63,004 nucleotides of DNA. Source: a virus. Its lineage: Duplodnaviria > Caudoviricetes. The first letter of the stretch is position 1; every line of letters begins with the position of its first letter. The position numbers and the translations under genes were made by a program. The notes beneath the pieces were generated by a model. That model made no database searches, had not been told where the DNA came from, and saw only the letters and a list, made by a program, of their open reading frames with translations. Positions 16,241-26,146 of this stretch are shown here, piece by piece. The stretch is from IMG/VR virus record IMGVR_UViG_3300010354_000089, positions 1-63,004 of that record, one strand, 5' to 3'.

Positions 16241-17067
16241 TATTTTATAATTTCTCCATCTAATCCTACTGAGTATATCTCAGCAGATACTGCAATAGTT
16301 TGCTTTTCATCTCTTAAATAATCATACATGTCTTGCTCATATGAGTCTGCACTACTCTCGTCTACCCATTCTTCTGGGTTATCGTAATTTATAAATGTTC
16401 TTAGAAAATGTCTGTCAAACTTATCGTATGATAATACTGCATGATAAAACGGTGATGTTGATGGCATCACAACAGCATCTCCTGGAGCAGGCTTATACTT
16501 ATAATTTTTGTTAGACAAAGAATCATAGGCACATATTTCTCCACCAGTATACTCATCATTTAAGTAATAATTAATTGTTATAACTTTTCTTTGATTTACC
16601 TTTTCATCTTTTACTGGAAATTCATCTACATGATAATCCATCATTAAACTTCCACTGTCAGGATAATTTTTACGCTTGCTCTCAATCATATAGTGGAAAT
16701 AATCAAAGCCATAATAGTTTTGAACTCTATCTAATTGATCCCAGTTTTTTATAAAGCTTGGCCAAATTCCTTTATCCCTACCGAACTCATTAAAATAGTC
16801 TTTATGAATAAAGTCTGTTGCTTCTGACAATTCTCTTATATAAGACTCTTCTTTTTGTAAGTATTCTGATCCTTTGCTTGGAATGGGATCATTCTTTAAA
16901 AACATAAAGTCTTTTCTTATTCCATTGCCATACCATGGTACTGACTTACTAAAGAGGGAGTGAGGATGATCTGTTTTTAATAAATTAATTAGTTCTTTGC
17001 TATGTTTAAAAATATTTCTATACACAACAATTTGTGGAGCAATAATAATTTTTTTTATGTCATTCAT
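16240..17067 (-). CDS. 2OG-Fe(II) oxygenase (P4H-like)
   Basis: HVD, YLNDEYTGGE, KPAPGD..PS and HAV. Confidence 0.85.
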   Translation of the reverse strand: MNDIKKIIIAPQIVVYRNIFKHSKELINLLKTDHPHSLFSKSVPWYGNGIRKDFMFLKNDPIPSKGSEYLQKEESYIRELSEATDFIHKDYFNEFGRDKGIWPSFIKNWDQLDRVQNYYGFDYFHYMIESKRKNYPDSGSLMMDYHVDEFPVKDEKVNQRKVITINYYLNDEYTGGEICAYDSLSNKNYKYKPAPGDAVVMPSTSPFYHAVLSYDKFDRHFLRTFINYDNPEEWVDESSADSYEQDMYDYLRDEKQTIAVSAEIYSVGLDGEIIK

Positions 17068-17253
17068 TTAGCTCATCCTATGTATTGTTTCATGACCCTT
17101 GGAACACTTCCAATACATCAATAGCTCCACTGGATCCCACTTAGCTCCATTAACATCCTCATCACATTTCAAGCATGCTCTAATGCCAGGAAGATCTTCT
17201 AAATCGTAATCCTTTGGATTATTGTTGTTTAAGAATTCGCTAAGATCTGGCAT
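17068..17253 (-). CDS. Small zinc-binding hypothetical protein
   Basis: CLKC...CSKGH. Confidence 0.6.
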   Translation of the reverse strand: MPDLSEFLNNNNPKDYDLEDLPGIRACLKCDEDVNGAKWDPVELLMYWKCSKGHETIHRMS

Positions 17254-18244
17254 TTATTTCCTCAATAAGATTTAAAACTTCTTCTGGATTATCTCTGAGG
17301 TACTGTACTGCCTTGGCTCGTCCTTGAAAACGCTCTTTATTGATTGTATACCATGCTCCACCTTTTTCTACAATGCCACACATTTCTGCAACATCTAAAG
17401 TCTCTCCAACACGATCTACTCCGACGGCTTCTCCTTGGTAGTAGAAATCATATTGCCCAGATAAATTTGGTGGGGATACTTTGCTGTAATCAACAATCCA
17501 GTTAACTGGTCGCCCAACTCTTTGTTCAATAATTTTATCGCCAACCTTAATGCCAGCCTTGATAGCATTAGCCTCAGCTTCGGAAGACCAAAGCTTAATG
17601 ACTGTGGTAGAGAAGAATTTGACTGCCATTCCTCCCGTAGGTATGTGGCTGGCATGCATAGACCCAAATTGGTTTCTTTGTTGGGAAATGAGAACAAGTA
17701 ATGTATTTTTGTTTGCATAGTTTAACATCTTGACTGCGTGAGTCATATCCTTTGCTTCAGCGCCTATCTGCTTAGTGTCTTGTAAGTCTTTTAATTCATT
17801 GCCATCTTTTTCAAAATAAATAGCTGGTAGCAAAGCAGATATAGAGTCCACGACAATTAAATCAACTTCTGCTTCCATTAATTTAGTTGCAACATCAACC
17901 ATATCATTTACGGTTTTTGCTGGTGAGTAGATAAGTTTTTCTGAATCTACTCCTAGTTGTTCTGCCCATGCTGGATCATAAGAGGCTTCAGCGTCAATCC
18001 AAGCACAAACTTTTCCTTCTTTTTGTGCCATTGCAATCATCTGTAGGCAGAAAGAAGATTTTCCAGCAGACTTATTTCCCCAAACAAGAACTTGACGTCC
18101 ATATGGAAGACCTCCACGCAAAGCCATATTCAAGCCAATACTTGGTGTTGCCTGCTTATGTACTTGAACTTCTTGTGCTGACTGAACTCTTGCTCTTGTT
18201 TTTGGATCTAGTTTTGCTAATATATCATCTAATACAATTGTCAT
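17240..18244 (-). CDS. recA: RecA/UvsX-like recombinase
   Basis: GGLPYGR, GNKSAGKS, WIDAE, IVVDS, PTGG.A.KF and KGGAWY. Confidence 0.93.
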   Translation of the reverse strand: MTIVLDDILAKLDPKTRARVQSAQEVQVHKQATPSIGLNMALRGGLPYGRQVLVWGNKSAGKSSFCLQMIAMAQKEGKVCAWIDAEASYDPAWAEQLGVDSEKLIYSPAKTVNDMVDVATKLMEAEVDLIVVDSISALLPAIYFEKDGNELKDLQDTKQIGAEAKDMTHAVKMLNYANKNTLLVLISQQRNQFGSMHASHIPTGGMAVKFFSTTVIKLWSSEAEANAIKAGIKVGDKIIEQRVGRPVNWIVDYSKVSPPNLSGQYDFYYQGEAVGVDRVGETLDVAEMCGIVEKGGAWYTINKERFQGRAKAVQYLRDNPEEVLNLIEEINARS

Positions 18245-18277
18245 TTATTAATCTTTCTTCTTTCTCCTATTATAGCA

Positions 18278-18625
18278 TTAAAAACGGTTGCCGTGAAGTC
18301 TTGATCTAGACTTATTTATATTAACCTTTTGTTCTAATATCTCATCTAGACTATCGTTTGTCCACCCATGATTTTGTAAAGCTGCGTAAAGATCTAACGT
18401 TCTAATCAATATGTCAGCCATTTCTTCTACAATCTCTATGGTTGGTTTATTCTTTCTTATTGCTTCTAGTACTTCTGTTACTTCAGAATGAACTAAAGCT
18501 AACTTTGTGCAAACAATGTTAGTATCAATTTCATTTGGCCAAAACCCTTTTTCAATTGCATTCTCATGCAACATTGCTGCTAGCGCATCCAAGCCATAAT
18601 CAGTTAGAATCTGGTTGCTGTTCAC
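18278..18625 (-). CDS. MazG-like nucleotide pyrophosphohydrolase
   Basis: LALVHSEVTEVLEA...EEMADILIR; HGNRF. Confidence 0.85.
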   Translation of the reverse strand: MNSNQILTDYGLDALAAMLHENAIEKGFWPNEIDTNIVCTKLALVHSEVTEVLEAIRKNKPTIEIVEEMADILIRTLDLYAALQNHGWTNDSLDEILEQKVNINKSRSRLHGNRF

Positions 18626-18827
18626 TGTTTACCTTTTCCTTTAATTGAAATCTGAAAGACTGTGTGTCTCCATTATAATCAATATTTAGCTCACGATTTT
18701 CCATGTCTAAATTAACAAATGTGTCTGTTGGCACATCTACATGCTTTATTGTTTCTAAGATAGATATTAGAACTCTTGTAGCGTTCATAGAGCTCATAAC
18801 ATCTTCTGGCTTTATGTTTTCTGTCAC
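18600..18827 (-). CDS. Hypothetical protein
   Basis: GTGA-coupled to dnaE. Confidence 0.65.
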   Translation of the reverse strand: MTENIKPEDVMSSMNATRVLISILETIKHVDVPTDTFVNLDMENRELNIDYNGDTQSFRFQLKEKVNSEQQPDSN

Positions 18828-21800
18828 TTTATTTCCTTTATCATTAATGTCCCATCATCTAATTTAGATAATACTGGCTTACATTTCATACCCTCACGCA
18901 TCTTGGCCAAGGTAAATTTATACATGCTTGGGAAAGCAATTGCTCTTGTTAACTCTTTATTTCTATTTGTCATAACTATATGGCTCATTGTTTTACCAGC
19001 TTTTGTAGTATATGGGGTAAAGTTAATTACCATATACTCGTCATCTTCTAGGTCATACTCTTTTCTATATAAGTAGTCAACAAATATATCAGACTTATTA
19101 GGATCGATTTCTGATACCTTTATATATCTAGCAATTCTATTATCACCTACAAGAACAAAGTACATCTGCCCAGTTTCTATTTGTGTTTGTTCGTTATGGA
19201 ATAAACCTATTGAACCAGTCTCATCTACCAATTCTACTCTTGCCCAGCCAGTTCCTCTTTTAATATTTTTAACCATACCAAACATTACAAATGATCCAAG
19301 CTCATCAAACTCTTCAATTGGTCTACACTGAGACTTAATTCTTGGTGGCAAATCTAAATTAAAAGTAGGTATGCCTAAGTATTCGTAGTATTTTTCTTTT
19401 TCTGTTCCTGTGCGTGGATTATCGTCAAAAGCAGCACCACCAATGGCATTGAGAGCAGAGACAGCCCTGCTGTTAATACCGCTACCTTTTTTAGACGACT
19501 TTTCAATAAAGTCTGCATAGCTTTTAAACGGCCTCTTTTCAATTATCTTGTTAGCTATACCATCAGAAATAAATTTTATTTCTGCTAAACCAAAAACAAT
19601 TTTATCTTTTTGTAATGAAAAATAAACATCTGATTCATTAATATGAGGCAAAGAAATTCTAAGACCTAGTCTTTTTGCTTCAATTAAATATTCTGTTCTA
19701 GCGTCTTTGTCGTTTTCGTTTTTAAGAATTGAAAACATAAACTCAAGAGGGTAATAAACCTTGAGCCAAGCTGTATAATAACTAAGCATGGAATAAGCAA
19801 TAGCATGAGAGCGATTAAAAGAATAACCTGCGTGAGCTTCAAACATATGCCAAAGGGTTTCTGCTTGTTTCTTAGAAATGTGCTTTGAAGCCCCATCAAC
19901 AAACTTATCTTTGAACTGGTCAAATTCTTTTGCATCTTTTTTCTTACCAATGATCTTTCGAACTTTGTCAGCCTCAGACCAAGTCATCCCTCCTAGGTAC
20001 ACGCATGCCTGCATGACCTGCTCCTGATATATAATAACACCATATGTGTTTTCTGTAAAAGGCTTCATGATTGGATGAATGTAGCTTACTGCTTCATTTC
20101 CATGCTTTCTTTTAATATATGATGCGCCAACAGTATTCATAGCACCAGGTCTTACAAGAGCATTAGAAGCAGCAAGATCTTCAAACTTGTCTACTCCCAT
20201 TTTAATTAATAAGTTAGTATATGGAGTCGCTTCTGCCTGAAACACTCCTTTTGTATAACCTTCGCTAAGGGTCTTATACACTGCTGGATCGTCTAGGGAC
20301 ATGGAAGATAAATCTATGACCTTGCCAGTTCTTTCCTTAATAGATTTAACTGTATCAGAAATCACAGATAAAGTTTTTAGGCCTAGAGCATCGAGCTTGA
20401 TTAGTCCAATATCTGCAACAGTATCCATGTCATAAGCAACAACTGGTATTCTTCCAGAGACTTTATCCTGAGCATCTTCTCGTGACTCTACTGGAGCAAA
20501 GTTTCTTATGTCATCCTTTGCTACTACAACACCAGCAGCATGAACTCCAACAGATCTTATTCTTCCCCTTAAGCTTTCTGCTAGCCATAAAACTTCTGGG
20601 TACTTCATCCTAAATTCTTTTGTGTTAGGCGACTCCATAAAGTCTTCAAATGTATCAACTTGTTTTAATGCTTTATTTACGTCTCCTAGTGGGACCATAA
20701 AAACTCTTGAGGCGTCACGAATTACACCCTTATCTTTAAAATAAGTAAATGTAGAAATAGATGCAACGTGCTTAAACTTCTTCTTTAGATAATCTTTAAC
20801 TTCTTTGCGACGACGGTCTTCAAAGTCTGTATCGATATCTGGAAAATCGTTACGCTCTGGATTAATAAATCGGAAGAATAGAAGATCGTACTTAATTGGG
20901 TCAACGTCTGTAATTCCAAGAGCATAGCAAACTAAAGAGCCTGCTGCTGATCCACGACCTGGACCTACTAATATGCCTTCGCTCTTAGCCCAGTTAATCA
21001 TGTCTGCTACAACAAGAAAATATGAAGCAAAATTCTTATCTTTAATTATAGATAATTCTTCTTCAAGCCTGTCTACGTAGACCTTATCCTTATCCAGAGA
21101 TAGCCTTTTAAGGCCTTCAGAGGCCATTTGAGCCAGTTTCTGGTCTGCGTTAGTCTTCGGTACTGGCAACAAGTCTAACCCTCTATTGAACTCATATGGC
21201 TCAATTTGGTCAGATATCATTACAGTGTTATCAAATATATCAGTTCTATTTATGCCAGCTTTTTTAAAATCTGCCTCAATTTCTTCACGGCTTTGTATAA
21301 ATAAATTGTAATCTTGGAAAGTAATTCTTCTATCTGGATACAGGTAGTTTAGTCTTTCATTAATATCTTTAATGTTTCTAGACATCTCAAAGTCTGCTTC
21401 TTTATCTGCCTTTGGTGAGGTTGATAAAATAAGCATAGCTTCTTCTAGAACCCTGTCTTTTTCTTTTGCAAAATGTGCATCTCCAGTAGCAACTGCTTTT
21501 ATTTTAAATTCATCAGCTAACTTTAATAAAGTTTCATTTACTTCTTTTGGGTTATGAGCTTGAACTTCAACATATAAATTTTTGCCAAAGGTTTTACTAA
21601 AATCTTTGAGTAGAAGTTTGGCATCCGATAAATCGCCACGTTCGATACACTTACTAATAAGCCCATTAAGACATCCAGTAAGTACAATAATATCTTCCGC
21701 ATATTCTTTTAAAACCTCTCTATCAATTCTTGGCTTATGATAAAAGCCTTCGTTCCATGCAATTTCTTGAAGAGCATGAATATTCTTTAGCCCATTTTGA

Positions 21801-22090
21801 TTTTTTGCTAAAAGAATAATATGGTTGTAAGCCTGAATAGATTTGTCTGTTGAGGAAGATCTATCAAATCTATCTGTTGGAGAAATGTATGCCTCTACTC
21901 CAAGTATTGGTTTAATTCCAACTTCTTTGCAGGATAACTGAAATTCTCTATGTGAACTTAATGTGCCGTGGTCTGTTATTGCTATTGCATTTTGTCCAGC
22001 ATCTTTTGCTGCCTGTGCAAGCTCTAGTGGGGAATTTAGTCCGTCCATCAAAGAATAATATGAGTGGACATGTAGATGTGTAAATGACAT
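18824..22090 (-). CDS. dnaE: DNA polymerase III alpha subunit (PHP, catalytic and OB domains)
   Basis: HLHVHS..S..DG, GRGSAAGS, PDIDTDF, HAAG, KLDALGL and YSFNRSH. Confidence 0.97.
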   Translation of the reverse strand: MSFTHLHVHSYYSLMDGLNSPLELAQAAKDAGQNAIAITDHGTLSSHREFQLSCKEVGIKPILGVEAYISPTDRFDRSSSTDKSIQAYNHIILLAKNQNGLKNIHALQEIAWNEGFYHKPRIDREVLKEYAEDIIVLTGCLNGLISKCIERGDLSDAKLLLKDFSKTFGKNLYVEVQAHNPKEVNETLLKLADEFKIKAVATGDAHFAKEKDRVLEEAMLILSTSPKADKEADFEMSRNIKDINERLNYLYPDRRITFQDYNLFIQSREEIEADFKKAGINRTDIFDNTVMISDQIEPYEFNRGLDLLPVPKTNADQKLAQMASEGLKRLSLDKDKVYVDRLEEELSIIKDKNFASYFLVVADMINWAKSEGILVGPGRGSAAGSLVCYALGITDVDPIKYDLLFFRFINPERNDFPDIDTDFEDRRRKEVKDYLKKKFKHVASISTFTYFKDKGVIRDASRVFMVPLGDVNKALKQVDTFEDFMESPNTKEFRMKYPEVLWLAESLRGRIRSVGVHAAGVVVAKDDIRNFAPVESREDAQDKVSGRIPVVAYDMDTVADIGLIKLDALGLKTLSVISDTVKSIKERTGKVIDLSSMSLDDPAVYKTLSEGYTKGVFQAEATPYTNLLIKMGVDKFEDLAASNALVRPGAMNTVGASYIKRKHGNEAVSYIHPIMKPFTENTYGVIIYQEQVMQACVYLGGMTWSEADKVRKIIGKKKDAKEFDQFKDKFVDGASKHISKKQAETLWHMFEAHAGYSFNRSHAIAYSMLSYYTAWLKVYYPLEFMFSILKNENDKDARTEYLIEAKRLGLRISLPHINESDVYFSLQKDKIVFGLAEIKFISDGIANKIIEKRPFKSYADFIEKSSKKGSGINSRAVSALNAIGGAAFDDNPRTGTEKEKYYEYLGIPTFNLDLPPRIKSQCRPIEEFDELGSFVMFGMVKNIKRGTGWARVELVDETGSIGLFHNEQTQIETGQMYFVLVGDNRIARYIKVSEIDPNKSDIFVDYLYRKEYDLEDDEYMVINFTPYTTKAGKTMSHIVMTNRNKELTRAIAFPSMYKFTLAKMREGMKCKPVLSKLDDGTLMIKEIK

Positions 22091-22290
22091 TAGTATCCTC
22101 CTAAGCAAATGTTTCTTGTATGAAATAGTCTTGTAGACTTTAAAGTTTTTCTAGTAGGGGCATATATGTCTTCCTGACAACATCCACACTTCATGTGCCA
22201 TTCACGAGCAAAACGATTGTAAGTAACATATCTTTTTCTCTTAGAGACAAAAGCTGTAAATGGGTCTGGTATTTCTAAATTATATTTCAT
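22090..22290 (-). CDS. Hypothetical protein
   Basis: TAATG-coupled to dnaE; TAGAAT upstream. Confidence 0.65.
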   Translation of the reverse strand: MKYNLEIPDPFTAFVSKRKRYVTYNRFAREWHMKCGCCQEDIYAPTRKTLKSTRLFHTRNICLGGY

Positions 22291-22311
22291 ATCCGCCTTA
22301 TTCTACTAAAT

Positions 22312-22344
22312 AACCTGGGGCCAGTCAATGACTGGCCCCAAGTT
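22312..22344 (-). terminator. Probable intrinsic terminator after ssb
   Basis: tggggccagtca-a-tgactggcccca inverted repeat at 22316-22340. Confidence 0.75.
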
Positions 22345-22348
22345 TATA

Positions 22349-23020
22349 TTACCAATCTAAGCTACTCGCTGTAGCGGATTGCTCTTCTGTTTTTTCTGCA
22401 TCCCCTAAATAAAATGCTTCTTGTTCAGCATAAGGGACTTGTCTAACCGCAACCTTTTCAAGTTCAAACAATTCAAAGGATGATGAGTCGAAAGGGGTCT
22501 CGTCCTTTGCTAGAGGGATGATTGTATAACTTGTATCGGTCTTTGCACCATTACGCTTGATTCTCCACATCAAATTTGTAATGGAACCCATTTCTCCAGC
22601 GTATTCAATTAAGGTAGGAGTAATTGTTTTACCACTGGTTCCTTGTGAAAGAATGGCTACAAATGGCTCTTCTTTGCCATCATCCACTAGGACGTTTGTA
22701 TAAAGTCTGGTTCTTGCTTTCCAGCCAGCCTTTGGTTCTTTACGGTGATTTTCACAACCATAGCACTTGCCCTGATCTTCCATAGAGCAAAGAGCTTTTC
22801 GTCTGTAATCTTTAGGATTGGTGTGTTCTAATGCAATAAATCCACAACCAAGCTTATCATTATAATTTGGTGAGTCTGGGTCTAACTCTTGTAGAAAACG
22901 AATCTTGACGCTTTCTCCATCTTCAATCTTTAGCCAGCGACCCTTGTTTTCATCTCCGCCGTTATATGCAGGCTTGTCTAGTGCCTTGTTTAGGTCCTTT
23001 AGACCTTTTACTATACTCAT
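22349..23020 (-). CDS. Single-stranded DNA-binding protein (gp32-like)
   Basis: WLKIEDGESVKIRF, H/C/CxxC zinc ligands, IKRNG..DTSY and acidic tail ending LDW. Confidence 0.8.
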   Translation of the reverse strand: MSIVKGLKDLNKALDKPAYNGGDENKGRWLKIEDGESVKIRFLQELDPDSPNYNDKLGCGFIALEHTNPKDYRRKALCSMEDQGKCYGCENHRKEPKAGWKARTRLYTNVLVDDGKEEPFVAILSQGTSGKTITPTLIEYAGEMGSITNLMWRIKRNGAKTDTSYTIIPLAKDETPFDSSSFELFELEKVAVRQVPYAEQEAFYLGDAEKTEEQSATASSLDW

Positions 23021-23072
23021 TTATATTCTCCTTTATAGTTGACGGTATAGATCCGTCTGTATTTTTATTATA

Positions 23073-24071
23073 TCACGAGTTCCAAGATCTGTATTCAATA
23101 TCTGAAACAGAGTTCTTAATACAAGCTTTTATTTCCTCATCGGTCAAATCGCCAGCATCTTTTGCATCATGTTGGTATATCTTACCATATTCATATGAAG
23201 CCCACAAGAGGGTTTTGTTAAAAAGTTTTGAGCATATACGCTTTCCTAGCTCTCTACCAGCAGAATCCGCATCAGTCATTATTGTAATTTTATTAAAATA
23301 TCTATTTAATAATTTAATGTTGTCATCAGATATATGACCGCCAAGAGTAGCCACAACGTTTGGGAATCCAGCTTGATGAACACGTATTGCATCAAAATTA
23401 GATTCAACAATAATTACATGGTCTCCAATTCTTTTTGCCCTGTGTATATTAAACATGGTTTTATTTTTTGGCAAGTTTGTACTATTCTTAAAAGACTTGC
23501 CTTCAATAGATCTGCCAACAATTCCTACCGCTATTCCGTCTGGGCTGTGTACAGGGGTAACGACCATGTTCATTTTATCAGAATATCCTAATTTAAAATA
23601 ATGCATAGAGTCTTCTGTTATTCCACGAGATATTAAATATTCCCTAGCCTTTTCTGATGATCCAAGACCGTTGTATAAATTATCCAACACATCTTTTGGG
23701 AACTCAATAAAGTCAGGCTTATCTGCAAACATTTCATTTAAAGTATCTTCAAATGCATCATATGTTTGAAATTCATCTGACATTATGTATCTCATTGCTT
23801 GAAAATCATTTTTATCAAGAATCTTTTTTACCATATCTGTCAGTGTTCCAGTTTCTCCACAGGACGGATTAAAGCATATCCAGACACCAGAAGATTTATT
23901 TATGCTACAGCTTGGACTATTTGTATTGTTATGAAAAGGACAATAAAACCCTATCTCAATATTTGTTTCGTGAGATATACTAACTCCAATTGATTTCAAT
24001 ACAGATTTTACTTGGTTGGGTGCAAATTGCGTGGTATCAATTTGTTTTGTGATATTCCTTCCACCTGACAT
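23073..24071 (-). CDS. dnaG: DNA primase (CHC2 zinc finger and TOPRIM)
   Basis: CPFH...SCS...CFNPSC; IVESNFDA; MTDADSAG. Confidence 0.9.
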   Translation of the reverse strand: MSGGRNITKQIDTTQFAPNQVKSVLKSIGVSISHETNIEIGFYCPFHNNTNSPSCSINKSSGVWICFNPSCGETGTLTDMVKKILDKNDFQAMRYIMSDEFQTYDAFEDTLNEMFADKPDFIEFPKDVLDNLYNGLGSSEKAREYLISRGITEDSMHYFKLGYSDKMNMVVTPVHSPDGIAVGIVGRSIEGKSFKNSTNLPKNKTMFNIHRAKRIGDHVIIVESNFDAIRVHQAGFPNVVATLGGHISDDNIKLLNRYFNKITIMTDADSAGRELGKRICSKLFNKTLLWASYEYGKIYQHDAKDAGDLTDEEIKACIKNSVSDIEYRSWNS

Positions 24072-24301
24072 GCCTTCCTCCTTCCAACATATACTCCATG
24101 AATAGTCATTAAAAACTTCCATGTCTCACCAGTAAATTCTACTGAAAAAGCTGGGTCTATGTCAAGAACTCTGACATAACCTTTTGATCTCATCTGCTGT
24201 GTTAACAAACTTTCATATTGAGCTTTTAATCTTATCATATCTGAATCGTCTAAAAACTCTACATCAATTTGAAACCTTTTAATTCTTTTGTGTGTCGTCA
24301 T
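24008..24301 (-). CDS. Hypothetical protein
   Basis: Between helicase and primase, overlapping both; GYVRVLDIDP. Confidence 0.65.
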   Translation of the reverse strand: MTTHKRIKRFQIDVEFLDDSDMIRLKAQYESLLTQQMRSKGYVRVLDIDPAFSVEFTGETWKFLMTIHGVYVGRRKACQVEGISQNKLIPRNLHPTK

Positions 24302-25532
24302 TCTTCATGTTGGGAAGATTTTCGTAAATTTCTTTTACGATACCTCTATTTATATCCCAGTCAAGATAGAAGTCAAATTCATGTCCATGACGATTTTTAC
24401 GACTTACCACTTCAATCATGTTTGTATTTGGATATCTATGAATAGCCATAGCCATGTCAGCATCATACTCAATAGCTTTAGACCAAGCAACCTGAGACAT
24501 CATTGGAGGATCATCTTGGTCAGAGATGTCATCTGCTGTTGCTGCAGTAATATCAATTACTGGAATATTGTTTGCAACAGCAAGGAGCTTGAACTCACGA
24601 GAAATATTTCTATTTCTCTCAACCTCAGAGTTGCTTCTTTTATTATCATTAAAAAGCTGATGGTAGTCTAAAATAACTAGGTCTGGCTTGTGCTGGTCAA
24701 TCTTTCCTTGAACTGTTGCTGGTGTGACTTCCGCAGTGCCTTCATTAGAAATAAGGACAAACGAGTTCTTCCCTTCAAATTTTTTCTTTCCCCATGATTT
24801 GAAATCATCTAAATTAATATCTCCTTTTGATAAATCGCTTGCTCTAAATAATCCAGAACCAAGCATTGTATAAATACGGTCACGCATATTCTCTGGTGAC
24901 ATTTCCAAAGAAATAATCATTGGCTTAAATCCCTGCTCCCATGCTTTACATGCAAGGTATGAGGTAAACCATGTCTTACCTTTTCCTGGCCAACCAATAG
25001 CAACTATAAGGTGTCCTGGTGCCATTCCAGTAGGATATGCTTTATCAATAGCATCAAACCCAGTTAAGATTCCTGGACTTCCGCCCATTGCAATTGATCT
25101 TTCCTTAACAGACTGATAGTGTCTTTCTGCAGATTCTAGGTCTGTAACATCTACGTCTCTTACGTTATTAGTAAATTTTGCAAGTGTTGCTAACTTGCTT
25201 TGCATTTCTGCCAAGACTCTGCTTGCTGCATTTTCTTTTAACAAAGATCCAGATTGCAAAATAACATTTTTTAGTCTGGCTGTTAAGTACTCATTTTTTA
25301 GTTTGTCTAGGTAGTAGCCTGTCTCAGCTTTAGTCTCAACTGGATCAAAGTCCTTGTGCCTTTCCATAAGCACACCAATATCTGGAACTGCTTTAAACTT
25401 ATAATAATATGATTTAAGGCTATCCCAAATATCTTTATGGGAAGTAAATATTTCATCTACATTATCAGCAAGCAAAGTGCTTATATCTTTGTTTTTACAT
25501 ACTGCAGATATTAATTCTGCTTCTGTGTTCAT
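24279..25532 (-). CDS. dnaB: Replicative DnaB-like helicase
   Basis: GWPGKGKT, SLEM, LDYH, IEYDAD and KNRHG. Confidence 0.93.
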   Translation of the reverse strand: MNTEAELISAVCKNKDISTLLADNVDEIFTSHKDIWDSLKSYYYKFKAVPDIGVLMERHKDFDPVETKAETGYYLDKLKNEYLTARLKNVILQSGSLLKENAASRVLAEMQSKLATLAKFTNNVRDVDVTDLESAERHYQSVKERSIAMGGSPGILTGFDAIDKAYPTGMAPGHLIVAIGWPGKGKTWFTSYLACKAWEQGFKPMIISLEMSPENMRDRIYTMLGSGLFRASDLSKGDINLDDFKSWGKKKFEGKNSFVLISNEGTAEVTPATVQGKIDQHKPDLVILDYHQLFNDNKRSNSEVERNRNISREFKLLAVANNIPVIDITAATADDISDQDDPPMMSQVAWSKAIEYDADMAMAIHRYPNTNMIEVVSRKNRHGHEFDFYLDWDINRGIVKEIYENLPNMKNDDTQKN

Positions 25533-25846
25533 TCTCCGCCCTCCACAAGCTTCTTTGTTTCTTCACGTAGGTGTTCCCTATGAATCCTATCATTTTCTAT
25601 ATCTCTTTGCATCTTATCAATTCTATCAAAATTATAAAAAAAGAACTGAAGTGGGTGATTAAACTTAGTTGTTTTAAAATAATATTCAATCAACTCTTTT
25701 GCTCTTTCAAATCCAACACTGTCTATAACATCTTGCATAGCCCACTTTTCACGAAACTTATTAAGCTTAGGCTTTTTATTATACTTTTCAACATACAATG
25801 TTTCGTAGAGGGATATCAGAATGTATGGACCTTTATTGTTTGCCAC
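25529..25846 (-). CDS. Hypothetical protein (possible helicase loader or initiator partner)
   Basis: Coupled to dnaB. Confidence 0.65.
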   Translation of the reverse strand: MANNKGPYILISLYETLYVEKYNKKPKLNKFREKWAMQDVIDSVGFERAKELIEYYFKTTKFNHPLQFFFYNFDRIDKMQRDIENDRIHREHLREETKKLVEGGE

Positions 25847-26039
25847 TCTTTAGTTCCTCTTCAACCTCACGAGTCTTTTCAATAAGCTTTGACTCAACAA
25901 ATTTATATACTCTTTCAGTTGCAGCATTAACGTTTTCATTAGACCTGACGTCGTCTTCTACTCCGATGCCTATTTTAATTGATTCGTAATTTCCAAGATT
26001 ACGTGTAAAAGAAAGATCAACCTTTACTCTAGTTGTCAC
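25833..26039 (-). CDS. Hypothetical phage protein (RNLGNYES motif)
   Basis: ORF track; overlapping junctions. Confidence 0.7.
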   Translation of the reverse strand: MTTRVKVDLSFTRNLGNYESIKIGIGVEDDVRSNENVNAATERVYKFVESKLIEKTREVEEELKSGKQ

Positions 26040-26146
26040 TTATGCTCCGCCTTTCTGTGTCTGGATAATGTATCATGACCGAATATGCCCCAACGTAATT
26101 CCATTTCCTTGTTGCATATTTCACATACAACAACTCTACTAGACAT
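26036..26146 (-). CDS. 36-aa C2H2-type zinc-finger peptide (not in ORF track)
   Basis: MSSRVVVCEICNKEMELRWGIFGHDTLSRHRKAEHK; TAATG and GTGA coupling. Confidence 0.65.
   Translation of the reverse strand: MSSRVVVCEICNKEMELRWGIFGHDTLSRHRKAEHK

Noticed and set aside
18824-25532. Inteins or introns in dnaE, dnaB or primase (also checked terL and recA)
   Set aside because: Lengths are compact, and no intein C..HN junctions or homing endonuclease motifs were seen
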